Shown here: piece after piece, positions 12,663 to 25,352 of the stretch
How positions within the stretch are numbered: the first letter of the stretch is position 1
Layout: every line of letters begins with the position of its first letter
Source of the DNA: Chara braunii
Taxonomy: Eukaryota > Plantae > Charophyceae
Length of the DNA stretch: 64,000 nucleotides
Direction: 5' to 3'
Assembly (NCBI GenBank): GCA_003427395.1
Contig: BFEA01000003.1
Span: 6,071,226-6,135,225, forward strand
Translations under genes and position numbers: made by a program
The notes under the pieces: model-generated
Seen by the model: only the letters and a program-made list of their open reading frames with translations
Told to the model about the DNA's origin: nothing
Database searches by the model: none

Positions 12663-12739
12663 CGTCACAAACAGAACTGCGCGGTAAACCGTAGGCAGAT
12701 AGAGAGAAGAGGACAACAAACGAGGGGCTGTGACAAACT
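12663..12739 (+). repeat. About 75-bp dispersed unit with GTCACA...TGTGAC ends
   Basis: Near-identical second copy at 59140-59214. Confidence 0.8.
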
Positions 12740-12758
12740 ATTTATATATATATATATA

Positions 12759-13538
12759 CAGGGCTGCTAGATCGAATGGACGGAGGCCCCTAAGCTGACC
12801 CCCGAACGTTCGGGCGTTCGGGTCCCCGTTCGGGGCCCGAACCTCAAGGGGTTCAGCCCCGCAAAAAAATATTTTGGCACCTAAATATTGTCACTTTTTT
12901 CTGAAATTTTTTTTGCGAGTTCTTTGGGATGTAAGGTACCTCCCTCTAAATTTTGAAGCCATTCTGCTACGCCCAAAAAAAAAATGAAAAATCGGCAAAG
13001 ATGGTGGTGTCAAAACTTGCTCGCCCACTCACTATTTGTTTTTTCTCTCTTTGCACTTTTTGTTTTTCCTTTATTTCGGGGCATGAACAAAATTATTATT
13101 TTTTCAAACTTTATTTGTAAATTCTCTATTATGTAATATACACATATATAAATTTTCATGGCATTTTTCACAGCCAAACAAAAATGAAAAATCGCCAAAG
13201 ATAGCGGTGTCAAAAGCGTGCTCGCCCACTCAATAATTTCATTCTCGTTATATTTTTTCTAATTGTCATTTTTTAATTATTATTATTTATTTTTTGTATT
13301 TTATTTTTATTTCAAGTTTGGTAAAGAATTTGGATGTAACGTTGAGGAAAATGTTGTTTAGTTTATTCTTCTGCATAATATATATTATTTTCAGATTTTT
13401 TTGATTTTTTTTTTTTTTTTTGATTTTTTTTTTTTAGGTCCGCGTTCGGCTGAACGCCCGAGCGCGTCGAGAGGGGGAGCCGAACGTTCGGGCGTTCGGG
13501 TTCGAGAGTTCGGCCCGTCCCGAATGCTGGCAACCCTG
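12759..13538 (-). mobile_element. Non-autonomous DNA transposon, CAGGG...CCCTG termini (hAT-like), inserted in (TA)n
   Basis: TIR CAGGGCTGC/GCAACCCTG, TA microsatellite on both sides, homologues at 21247, 56804 and 58362. Confidence 0.85.
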
Positions 13539-13689
13539 TATATATATATATATATATATTATATTTATTATATATATATATATCATATATGACAATATAT
13601 ATATATATATATATATTTTTTATTATTATTTTTTTTTTTTTTGGCCCGACCGTGCAAGTGGACCCGGGCCACTCTGGTAGCCTAGTTCT

Positions 13690-14500
13690 ACGGGGAACTC
13701 CAAAAGATTTTTGGGGATACAAGTTTCCGTCTCTGATTTCTCTAGCACACTGAATCAGATATTGTCTGACAGGGTCACAACCATAATTTTTTCATGGGTC
13801 AAGACCTACAAACTTACCATTTTTGGGAGGGCCCTAGTGCTATCGTCTTCAGCCTTTTCAACTATCTGGTTTCCATCGCCAGCCTGCGTCTTGGGCAGTG
13901 GAGCTTTCGTGCTACAACACGACACCTATGGAGAACCTTGGTAAATAGAGATCAGGGATATATAGTTAAAGGGGCAGGGGAAACACATACTGAACCACGA
14001 TCAAAAGAAGGGATGCTTATCCTTGACCCCAAGATACAAAATCTTGCCCTTCTAGCGAAATGGATAATTAAAGCAATTGTTTTGACGATCGCTCCAAATC
14101 TTGGATCCAAGTTCATCCAACTAGTTAAGTATACTTAGGCGAGGGAGTGGTCCCTCTCCAACGAAGGTGATATTTGGTTATGTTGTTTGTTGCCCACCTT
14201 TTGCAATAGAAGGATAAAATCGCGAGTCTTACATGACATATTGTTTGCCTGGCGCAAGCTATTCGCTGAATCCCTTCACCAGCCTACAAGGACAAAAATA
14301 GCTAATCAGTTGCTATTTGACAACAAGCTAATTTGCCTTCCCACAATACATTATTTTTCCTCTGGTTTAGGCATGGGTAATTTTGGTCGGGCTTGGATTG
14401 AAAAAGGAATCCTATAGGTTAAACACTTGTGAGATGAGGACGGGAATCGATGGATATCAGAGAAAGAAGTTCACTCCTTGCTTCGAATCCACAACAGAAA
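13690..14500 (+). pseudogene. Old L1/Tx1-type LINE ORF2 fragment (post-RT region)
   Basis: LTIFGRALVLSSSAFSTIWF, EPRSKEGMLILDPKIQNLALLAKWI, NQLLFDNKLI, WIEKGI match the post-RT region of the two LINEs in this window. Confidence 0.8.
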
Positions 14501-14729
14501 AATTCCCACCAGAAATGAAAGTTGAAAAAACATTCCATAAAAAAAAAATTCTTCATATTTATAAATTATCATTCCAATGTTCGTGAAGTTAAAAAATTTT
14601 CAGTTTTATTCGATAAGTTCCCGTCTAAAAATGAGTTTTCCCTTCCAACTACATCTATTTGTTTAAGATGGAATGAGAGTCTGAACGAGTTCATTTAATA
14701 TTTTAATTCAAATTTCATTCTACTACAAC

Positions 14730-15254
14730 CATGGCAACCGCGGACCCGGACCCGGACATGTCTGGACCGAGGCCCAGACATTTGTCTGGACTGGTTCAGA
14801 CGTCCGGTAATCCGGACGGGCACCGGACAACCGGACAGGACCGGACCCGGACCGTCCGGACCGGTACACCAGACACAAAAAATGTCCGGACCGAGAAAAA
14901 AAAAAAAAAAAAAACTTAGTAATAAGCGGTAGTACTCAGTACTAACCACAACTTACTGTCTTTCAGTATTCACAACTTGACAGCTTCATACTGTCACAGA
15001 CATTCACAAAGGCTCAGACAACACTTGAAACCAGTTCTCAACAGACCAATCCCAATTCAATTCAGAAAAAGAGTGCGAAAATCAGAAAAAAACAGAACTT
15101 TGAACTTTGAAGTTACACTTTCTAATTCATATTCATATGAAAATTGAAAATTTAAACTGTTAAGTTATTCAGATCTGCGTAAGAAGTACTAAGAACAGAT
15201 CTAAGATTTGGTCGACCATATCTAAGACGGGATCTCAAATCTGACCTTTTTTTT

Positions 15255-15293
<39 letters not shown>

Positions 15294-15720
15294 NNNNNNN
15301 NNNNNNNNNNNNNNNNNNNNNNNNNNNNNNNNNNNNNNNNNNNNNNNNNNNNNNNNNNNNNNNNNNNNNNNNNNNNNNNNNNNNNNNNNNNNNNNNNNNN
15401 NNNNNNNNNNNNNNNNNNNNNNNNNNNNNNNNNNNNNNNNNNNNNNNNNNNNNNNNNNNNNNNNNNNNNNNNNNNNNNNNNNNNNNNNNNNNNNNNNNNN
15501 NNNNNNNNNNNNNNNNNNNNNNNNNNNNNNNNNNNNNNNNNNNNNNNNNNNNNTTTTTGGAGGGGGGCCTAGGACCCGAAAAACGTCCTAGGCCCCCCCC
15601 AAAAAAATTCGAATTTTTTAAAATTGGGCCCACTCCAGACCTACCGGACTAGACACCGGGTCCATACCCAGACAACCGGACCGTCTGGATTCCGGTCCAG
15701 ATGTCCGTCCGGTTACCATG
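14730..15720. mobile_element. Non-autonomous hAT-type element (spans a gap)
   Basis: TIR CATGGCAACC/GGTTACCATG; perfect 8-bp TSD ACTACAAC (14722-14729, 15721-15728); subterminal ccggac repeats. Confidence 0.9.
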
Positions 15721-16311
15721 ACTACAACAAATATCTTTTAATTTAGATTTGTGGTTTGTCTTGTCTGGGGCTGGGGTGGGAGAGTTGGTAGCCTTCAACC
15801 CCGACGGAGGCAGATAGGGACAAAGGGGAGGGTGAAGGCACCCTCTAGGTGGGAATTGGCTGCCTTGGCGGAGGGGGGAGGGAGGGGATCTGTTCCAGGC
15901 TGGGGCCGAGGTAAATCTCCTCGGCGGTGGCAGCGTGGGACAACGGTAGTGGTGTAGAGGGAATTTTTCTCTGCGCGGTGACTATTGGAAGGTTCTTGGA
16001 CCACTCATGTTATTTTCAGCTTTCTGGGGTTCTAAAATCTAGAGCAGCATCGGGTCTTCTTTTTCATTAGGATCTTCGACCTCAGAGATGGTTGCACCTG
16101 GACTGGCATCAAGAGAGTTGCTCTGTTCTATGCTCTCAACTTGTCGATGCCAGAACGACGCGGGGCGAGGCTGGGGTGTTACCACGTAACCTGCCACGGC
16201 AGGAGCGTGAGGCCTGGTAGAGAGTTCTGGGGTTTGCCAAGGGAGGAAGGCAATCCAGTGGCGAATTGGGGGGGGCGCCTTGACACCCTCTAGGGATCGC
16301 CCCCCCCCAAG

Positions 16312-16800
16312 CACACACACACACACACCCACTCACACACACACATACACAAACACACACACACACACACACACACACGAGCATGCGCGCGGGGGTCGAG
16401 CCCGCTGTTTTTATTTTTTAACTTTTTCTTTTTTTTGATTGATTGATTGATTGATTAAATGATTGGTGGGGGAGGGGTCGCCCCCGCCCCCCAGGCACAC
16501 GCGCATGCACATACACACGCACACACACACACGCGTAGGTCGAACCCGCAATTTTTTTTTTCACTTTTCTATTTTCGATTGATTTATTGATTTATTGATT
16601 CATTGATTCATTGATTCATTGATTCATTGATTCATTGATTCGTTGATTCATTGATTCATTCATTGATTCATTGATTCGTTGATTCATTGATTCATTCATT
16701 GATTCATTCATTGATTTATTCATTGATTCATTCATTGATTCATTCGTTGATTCATTCATTGATTAATTGATTGGTGAGGAAGGGGTTGCTCTTCCCCCCC

Positions 16801-16847
<47 letters not shown>

Positions 16848-16978
16848 GCGCGTGCGCTTGGGTCGAACCCGTTGTTCTTTCCGTTTTACTTCTTCTTTTT
16901 TTTTTATTGATTGATTGATTTATTTATTGATTGATTGGTGGGGAAGGGGTCGCCCTTCCCCCCCCCCCCCACACACAC

Positions 16979-17032
<54 letters not shown>

Positions 17033-17087
17033 GGACCGAACCCGCTGTTTTTGTTTTGTTACTTTTTTTTTTTTTTTTTTTTTTTTC
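16312..17087. repeat. Compound microsatellite array: (CA)n - gtcgaacccgc - T-run - (ATTG)n units
   Basis: About four repeats of the same module order. Confidence 0.8.
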
Positions 17088-18742
17088 AAAAATGGGCCTA
17101 GTGCCCAAGGCTGATATTACCAATAAGAGGAATGAGGCCGGGGTCCTCACAGTCTCCCCGGAGAAACCGAACCGAACTTGCTGAGAATAAGGCTCAGCGT
17201 CCGTCATATCGTGACTATGATGAAAATGATGATGATGATCCTCATGATGATGATGATACTACTGATGATGGTGCTAATGAGGATACAAAATTGTATTGTA
17301 GTAAGCTATGCTATATCAACATTTCTGGTCTTCTAATCCTAGAACAACTTCTAGCCCTCCCTGTACTAGGACATTGCAAAACAGAGACAACACCAACCTA
17401 ACCAAAGTCACCAATAGCTGATCTCTCCTCGCCACCAAGCAGCCCCCCCCGGTTCGCTAGTGGATTGCCTCTTCCCTTGGCAACCCCCACATCTCTCTAC
17501 AAGGCCTTACGCTCCTGCCTTTGCAGTTTACAGGGCAACGCCCCAGCTCCACCCAGCGTCGTTCTGGCGTCGGCAAAACAGAGGCACAAAAAAGAACAAC
17601 TATGCAGATATCGATCCGGGTTCGACCATTCCTGAAATCTCATATCCCGGATATGGAAGAAAACTCAATGCTGCCCAAAGATTCCAGAACAACAGAAAGC
17701 TTAATATAACATTGATGAGACAATGATACTAATGATGATGATGATATTGATAAAGATGATTATGTTTTTATTGAGAATTCTGAAGAAATTGACTACACCA
17801 CCTTTATTAGATCTAAAAGATTGTGAATACTATGCTACATCAGCTATTCCGGCTTCCTAATCCGAGAGCAACTCCTAGCCCTCCCTATAGTGGGACACTA
17901 GTACTCAAAGACAATACCAACCAAAACAACATCAACTATGGCTGACCTCTTCTCGCCCCCGAAACTATCCCCAATCAATCAATCAATCAATCAATCAGCA
18001 AATCAAACAATCAACCAATCAACTGATCAACCAACCAATCAATCCATTGNNNNNNNNNNNNNNNNNNNNNNNNNNNNNNNNNNNNNNNNNNNNNNNNNNN
18101 NNNNNNNNNNNNNNNNNNNNNNNNNNNNNNNNNNNNNNNNNNNNNNNNNNNNNNNNNNNNNNNNNNNNNNNNNNNNNNNNNNNNNNNNNNNNNNNNNNNN
18201 NNNNNNNNNNNNNNNNNGGGACTCGGGTCCTTGCCCAATACCCTCCTCCCCTCAGCCGCAGCAGGCCGATTTTGGCCACGCCCGCGACAATGATGACCAC
18301 GGCCGCTGAGGATACATAGCAAAAAACACAGGTTTTTAAGGGTGAACAAACGGTAGTCATCCAACGAAGACACCTAATAGACAGAAACATTGGGCTGATG
18401 ATTATGGCAGACTCGGGAGTATTATCGGGCCGTCAGGGTGGAGGTCTACCCTAGTTTAAAAGAACCTGGGCAAGAGACAACCAAATGACAATAGTTACAA
18501 TACATGGTAAATTGGTAATTGCGAGATGGTTTAAACGATCTCGAGAAACAAGATTATACTGTTTATACAGCCTTAGCAGAAAAATCATAGTTGGTTGAAG
18601 ACTTTATTTATTTATTTTTCTACCAAAAGAAATCAATTATACAAGCGTGGAAACGGGTCCGACGCCCCTCACATATGTGTGGTCGACTCTTCATTACGAG
18701 CAAGGCATCACCAGCCAAGGCCGTATGAGGAGTAGAAAGGAA

Positions 18743-19078
18743 CTATGTTGCGACTCGTACTCACCCCCGTACGAGTACAAGTTTTTTTCATTTCTTGTAC
18801 GCTACTCGTAGTCAAGGCCCGTACGACTTTTTTTAATTTTTTTTACTGTTTTTATTTTTTTTTCTCCAATTCTAATACGAATCTGCAGATGGTCCTCAGG
18901 CAAATGTTGCTAGTGTTGGGATGTTACATCACATATATTTGTTTTGGATTTTTTGGATGACTTTTTTTTTTTTTTTTTTTCTTCGTACGGGGCGTATGGG
19001 GGCGTACAGGTTCCCATACGAATATTATCTGTACGTTTCGTACGAAAAGGCCCTGTACGTGTACGTTCAGTAACGTAG
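18743..19078. mobile_element. MITE with CTATGTT...AACGTAG termini
   Basis: Perfect 8-bp TSD GAAAGGAA (18735-18742, 19079-19086); subterminal cgtac repeats. Confidence 0.85.
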
Positions 19079-19279
19079 GAAAGGAAAACAACTAAAAACA
19101 TTTACAACCAAAACAACTCAGAAACCTATAAAAAAAACAACTAAGAAGCCTACAAACCAAATTGTAACCTGTACCTAATCTTAGATTATACTCGGATTCT
19201 GTGTCCTTTCATTTTTTAGATCCTCTATGAAAAGATGTAATGTAATCGAGATCGAAAGGTGATCAACCGTTATCACCAT

Positions 19280-20691
19280 CTGTGTAACCGGTTGAACGCG
19301 CAGAATGGGCGTGCACGTTCAAACGCGCGCGTTCATACCCCCTCGGGGCCTCGTTCAATCGCGTTCAAACGCGCTGCGAGTGACGGAGCGCGAAAAAATT
19401 GAACGCGACCCCGGGGGGTGTGCGCACGCGTGAAGGACTATGGAAATTCAAAAAATGAAGTAAAAAAAAAAAAAACACGAAATACCCCCACCCAAACATA
19501 TACACACAAAATTTACACACACACACATATGCACTCCTTTTTTTTTTTCTTTTGTTCACGGCCCAATCAGGCTATCTGAAGGTCCTTTTTTTTTTTACGG
19601 GGGGTGGGGGAATCTCCCCCGCTCAGACAACCAATATAGGCTATCTGAAGGGTCCTCACAGCCTTGTCGCGCAGACCCCCCCACCCACCAACGTCAAGGC
19701 AGGCAGTGAATATGGAATGGAGCACGAGCTGGCCAAATATATACTAAAGATTCGATTTCAAGTCTGTGTTTCAGCAGTTATGGGTTGCTCAGGTAGCTAG
19801 GCTGTAGCTGTAATGTCTGCACGTGATTCTGAGGGCTTGGCTGCACTACTTACCAAATGTGCAATACTAGAATGAATCTTCTGCAGAACATGGAATAATA
19901 CGCCGCCATATGTTTTGTCTTTTCTCGTTTTTCTTTTTTTCGTTTTTCTTTTTCCTCTTTTTCATTTTTCTCGTTTTTCTTTTCTTAGGAAAATGTGCAG
20001 TGGCCCTAAGGGCCTCAACTCATCATAGGTAGAAAAGACAAAACATAAGGCGGCGTATTATTCCATGTTCTGCAGAAGATTCATTCTAGTTTTGCACATT
20101 TGGTGACTAGTGCAGCCAAGCCCTCAGAATCACATGTAGAGACTACAGCTACGGCCTAGCTACCTGAGCAACCCATAACTGCTGAAACACAGACCTAAAT
20201 TCGAATCTTCAGTATATATTCGGCCAGCTCGTGCTCCACTCCATATTTACTGTCAGCCTCGACGTTCGTGGGTGGGGGGGTCTGCGCGACAAGGCTGCGA
20301 GGACCCTTCAGATAGTTTGTATGGGCCGTCTGAGCGGGGGAGATTCCCCCACCCCCCGAAAAAAAAATGAATGACCTTTCACACACACACACACACGTCC
20401 ATACACACACAAACACACAAATTCACACACACTGTTCTTTTTTTTTTTTTTCCTGTTTCGCTTGGGGCTTTGGCCCACAGCCCCCCCCAAGCACCGTCGC
20501 CGCTCCTCACACTGCCCGCAGCCCCCCCAAGCACCGCCACCGCTCGCCACACTACCCAAAGCCCACCTCCACCCCGCCCACCCCCCTGCGCGAACGCTTC
20601 AAACGCGTTCAGGCGCGTTCAGTGAACGCGCGTTCACCGCGTTCATTTTTGGAACGCGAAACGCACGTTCAATGAACGCGCAGTAACATAG
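19280..20691. mobile_element. Non-autonomous TIR element with CT...AG termini containing a long internal inverted repeat
   Basis: Ends CTGTGTAAC/GTAACATAG; 8-bp TSD ATCACCAT (19272-19279, 20692-20699); subterminal gaacgcg repeats. Confidence 0.85.
19599..20358. repeat. Long inverted repeat, arms about 330 bp, spacer about 105 bp
   Basis: 19599-19925 is the reverse complement of 20031-20358 with scattered mismatches. Confidence 0.92.
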
Positions 20692-21246
20692 ATCACCATT
20701 ACATCAAGAACCAAACAAAAGAGAAATAAAACATGGTGGAAAAAAACTAAATCCAACAGTGACTACTTTAAGTGCAACTGAACATTTTATCATGCGACGA
20801 AGACGACTGAAAATTGAAGTTGTGGATAGGCACCCTGCGGCAGCTGCACAGTTTGCACTCTGAGCAAGTCAGGGAAACTATCCCACTGCTGAAGAAAATC
20901 TTCAGTGCCTTTGATGTATATCTTTTTTTTTTAACGTTTAAGGACCACTCTGTTAAGATGGTAAGTTTGATGAAAAATTTAACCTCGGCTCTTACCATTG
21001 CCCGACTTCTTTCAACGAGCTTTACAAGTTGAGATTTTTTGGAAGCGTTTTACTAGGAATTGGGACACTGAACCCGGTTTCCAGTTGAGGTTTTCTTTCT
21101 ACAAGCTGAAACTTGGTAAGGGCACCAGCCTTTCTTGGTCGAATTGTGAGATCCCCGACCTTAATCGTGCTTATTATTTCAATTAACTTATTCCATGCTT
21201 TCCAAAAAAATAAAATAAATAGTGGCAGTGTGTATATATATATATA

Positions 21247-22640
21247 CAGGGTAACCGACGTTCGAGACCCGTTGGGGATGCGTTCGGCTATCCGGGCCGA
21301 GCGCAAATTAAAAAAATAAAAAAGTTAAAAAATAAAAAAATATGAAAAAAACATATGTTATGAAGAAAAGTAAACTAAACAACATTTGCCTAAGCTTTAC
21401 ATCAAAGCTTTACATCAAAATTCTTTATGAAATTTGAAATACAAATAAAATAAAGAAACTAAAACTTTAAAAAAAAAAAAAAAAAAAAATTAAAATTAGT
21501 GAATGAGCGAGCGGGTTTTCGACGCCGTCATTTTGGCGATTTTTTTTTGGGGTGGCATAGCCAAATGCTCGAAAATTGACATATGTGTACTTCACATTAT
21601 ACAAAACTCAGTAAAAAAAGTCTCAAAATATTATTAAAACTGTTTATTACCTACGAAAAGTGAAAACAAAAAGCCAAAAGTGAAAAAAAAACAAAATAGT
21701 AAGTAAGGAGCATGTTTTGACACCGCCATTTTTGGCGATTTTTACTTTTTGTTTGGCTTAGCAAAATGACTTCAAAATTTACAGGCATTTACCTCATATC
21801 ATAGAGAACTTACATAATTTTTTTTTAAAGAAAAACAAACGTATGTTTACAACCCGAAATAATTTTTGGTGGGTGCCGAGCGCCTTTGGGTTGGGACCCC
21901 GAACGGGACTCCAAACGCCCGTATGTACGAAGGTTGGCCCGGGGACCTCCGGACGTACAGGCGTTCGGGGTCCCGTTCGGCGTCCGAACCCGAAGGTGTT
22001 CAGCCCCCACAAAGAATTATTTCGGAGCCTTAAAATACATGTTTTTTTCTGCAGTTTAATTGTGAGTTCTCTATGATGTGAGGTACATGCTTATAAGTTT
22101 TGAAGTCATTTTGCTAATCCAAAACAAAATGAAAAATTGCCAAAGATGGTGGTGTCAAAACTTGCTCGCCCACTCACTATTTTTATTTTTTTTTACTTTT
22201 TACTTTTCGTTTTCACTTTATTTTGGGGGGAAAAAAAAATCTATTATTTTTTGAAACTTTTTTAATGTGTTTAGCATTATATGACATACGCATCTGTAAA
22301 TTTTCAGGGCATTTGGCAATTAAAAAAAAAAACGAAAAATTCCCAAAGATGGTTGTGTCGAAAACGTGCTCGCCACTCAGGTATTTTAATTCTCGTTCAA
22401 TTTTTTCTTATTTTTATTATCAGTTTTTATTTTTCGTATTTTATTTTTATTTCACAGTTGGTAAGGAATTTGGATGTAATGCTCAGACAAATGTTGCTTA
22501 ATTTAATTTTCTTCATAACATATTTTTTGTTTTCCAGATTTTATGGTTTTTTTTGTTCTTTTTCTTTTTGGTTTAAACGGCGGAACGTATCCCCACGGGG
22601 TGGTTCGGGCGTTTTCCCGTCCTGAATGGCGGTTATGCTG
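21247..22640. mobile_element. Two CAGGG-family elements fused tail-to-tail into a 1.4-kb foldback
   Basis: Left half matches 56804-57510; right half matches 58400-59123; junction at about 21955; (TA)n flanks. Confidence 0.82.
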
Positions 22641-22656
22641 AATACATATATATATC

Positions 22657-22713
<57 letters not shown>

Positions 22714-23768
22714 AGTGTATTTTTTGGCTGTGACAGACCTTTCTTTGTTTCGTGGGTGTTTTGCTGGCTTGTGATGGGGTGTGGGTGAGTGATAGTCTAN
22801 NNNNNNNNNNNNNNNNNNNNNNNNNNNNNNNNNNNNNNNNNNNNNNNNNNNNNNNNNNNNNNNNNNNNNNNNNNNNNNNNNNNNNNNNNNNNNNNNNNNN
22901 NNNNNNNNNNNNNNNNNNNNNNNNNNNNNNNNNNNNNNNNNNNNNNNNNNNNNNNNNNNNNNNNNNNNNNNNNNNNNNNNNNNNNNNNNNNNNNNNNNNN
23001 NNNNNNNNNNNNNNNNNNNNNNNNNNNNNNNNNNNNNNNNNNNNNNNNNNNNNNNNNNNNNNNNNNNNNNNNNNNNNNNNNNNNNNNNNNNNNNNNNNNN
23101 NNNNNNNNNNNNNNTCTCTCTCTCTGTCTCTCTCTCTGTCTCTCTCTCTCTGTCTATCACAGGGCGACATTTGCATCTGACAGCTCCTTAGTCCATACTC
23201 ACACCCCGATTCCTTTTCAATGTGTCTGTCTGTTGTGGTGTATCTTCCTATGTTCTTGCGGAAGATTGCTTTTCATTTTGCACATTGCCACGCTGGCAGA
23301 GGCTGCTCAGTTGAGGCACACATGAAAAAAAGAAAAAAAGGGAAAAGTGAGGCAGTCTGTGTTTCCATGTTCTGGCTGAAGATTCGTTCCAATATTTCTC
23401 ATCCTACACACACACACACACACAGACCGACATTGCCACACTTCCTGCCGTGTATAGACAGGACTGGGCCGCGGCTTAGCCGGGCTGGGTCCACTTGTTA
23501 CAATGATAAAGAATAAGTGAAAACAAGGCGGCTTGATAGCAATAACATAGAACACTCCTCCTCTGGGACCATCAACTAAAGTTTTCTTTTGTTTTCCCCT
23601 CTAAAAAAGTAAGCTACATTCTTCTCTCTTCCACTAAAGTTGGTGCGAGACACAGAAGATTATATTGTGGCCACTGCGCCAGGATGCACTCATAAGACGA
23701 GAAAAGGTCCAATTAAAAAAAAAAAAAAAGAAAGGAGACGAAACAAAATAAAAACGCGGACCAATCCA

Positions 23769-23839
23769 GCGGCCTTGCTCAATTGGTTAGGCATGCCAGT
23801 GGCATTCAGGAGGTCGTGGGTTCAATCCCCATGGCCGCC
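23769..23839 (+). mobile_element. tRNA-derived SINE head / tRNA pseudogene (Ala-like)
   Basis: Acceptor stem GCGGCC/GGCCGC, A-box TTGCTCAATTGG, T-arm GTGGG-TTCAATC-CCCAT (B-box); anticodon stem disrupted; followed by a non-tRNA body. Confidence 0.7.
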
Positions 23840-24039
23840 TGTGGCACTCTTGGTGCGCACCAACTGAGATGGACAGCTGGATCCTCCCAGTCCGTATCAG
23901 GTCTTCAGCCAACATGGGTGTGAGTGCGCGTGTGAGTGGGTTGCGTGTGGTGTGTGGGAGAGTGTTGGATTTAGACACTACCTTTACTCAATGGGGGTGG
24001 AAGAAGATGTAAAGGAAGGCAGTGCAAGGCACAGCTACA

Positions 24040-24240
24040 GGCAAATGCTCGGTCCTTGTGTTAGCCGCCCCCCCACGGGCGGCCCCAACCCTGCACCCTG
24101 CACGCGACGGCAAAGGGGCAAACATGCCGTCTCGTCTCCCACCGAGCAAGGTAACCTCCCTTTACCAAAGAGAAGTAGAAAGCTAAGCTTGCAGGGGTCC
24201 CCTGTATAGCCTTAGGAGTAGTGGTAGGTTGGTAGTGAAA
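24040..24240 (+). repeat. Partial diverged copy of the foldback element at 54801-55361
   Basis: aaatgctcggtc...ttagccg and gcaggggtcccctgtatagccttaggagtagtggtag match 55067-55235. Confidence 0.65.
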
Positions 24241-24897
24241 GATAAGGCTTAGTTCCATGACATAGCAGAGCGACAGTTAAAAAATATGTGAGGTAAGAGA
24301 GAAAATTATGGCTGTTCCCCCATGAGGAGAAGGCAACCTTTTCACCAACCAAAAAAAAAAAAAAAAAAAAGTTCCNNNNNNNNNNNNNNNNNNNNNNNNN
24401 NNNNNNNNNNNNNNNNNNNNNNNNNNNNNNNNNNNNNNNNNNNNNNNNNNNNNNNNNNNNNNNNNNNNNNNNNNNNNNNNNNNNNNNNNNNNNNNNNNNN
24501 NNNNNNNNNNNNNNNNNNNNNNNNNNNNNNNNNNNNNNNNNNNNNNNNNNNNNNNNNNNNNNNNNNNNNNNNNNNNNNNNNNNNNNNNNNNNNNNNNNNN
24601 NNNNNNNNNNNNNNNNNNNNNNNNNNNNNNNNNNNNNNNNNNNNNNNNNNNNNNNNNNNNNNNNNNNNNNNNNNNNNNNNNNNNNNNNNNNNNNNNNNNN
24701 NNNNNNNNNNNNNNNNNNNNNNNNNNNNNNNNNNNNNNNNNNNNNNNNNNNNNNNNNNNNNNNNNNNNNNNNNNNNNNNNNNNNNNNNNNNNNNNNNNNN
24801 NNNNNNNNNNNNNNNNNNNNNNNNNNNNNNNNNNNNNNNNNNNNNNNNNNNNNNNNNNNNNNNNNNNNNNNNNNNNNNNNNNNNNNNNNNNNNNNNN

Positions 24898-25352
24898 ACA
24901 TCACTAAGCCTCTTCCAAACCTAAACCCTTCAATGGGTTGCCCTCGGTTCTTAGGACTCAGGTTCTAGTACACTTCACTAAGCCTCTGCCAAACCTAAAC
25001 CCTTCAATGGGTTGCACTCAGTTCTTAGGATTCAAGTTCTAGTACACTTAACCAAGCCTCTGCCAAACCTCAATGTGTTGCACTCAGTACTTAGGATTCA
25101 AGTTCTAGTACACATCACTAAGCCTCTTCCAAACCTAAGCCCTTCAACGGGTTGCCCTCAGTTCTTAGGACTCAAGTTCTAGTACACTTCACTTAGCCTC
25201 TGCCAAACCTAAACCCTTCAATGGGTTGCCCTCAGTTCTTAGGACTCAAGTTCTAGTACACTTCACTAAGCGTCTGCCAAACCTAAATCCTTCAATGGGT
25301 TGCCCTAGGACTCAGGTACTAGTACACTTCACTAAGCCTCTGCCAAACCTAA
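24898..25352 (+). repeat. Tandem satellite, about 75-bp unit, about 6 copies, abutting a gap
   Basis: Unit cactaagcctctgccaaacctaaacccttcaatgggttgccctcagttcttaggactcaagttctagtaca repeated head-to-tail. Confidence 0.95.

Larger units (their letters stand above)
11721..13685. mobile_element. Non-autonomous TIR element (CTAGGCTACC...GGTAGCCTAG) with nested insertions
   Basis: Perfect 10-bp terminal inverted repeat; no matching TSD visible. Confidence 0.5.

Noticed and set aside
23769-23839. Functional tRNA gene
   Set aside because: Anticodon and D stems do not pair properly, and no T-run terminator follows.
24898-25352. Regular repeats as a CRISPR array
   Set aside because: Units are head-to-tail with no unique spacers; no cas genes; eukaryotic context.
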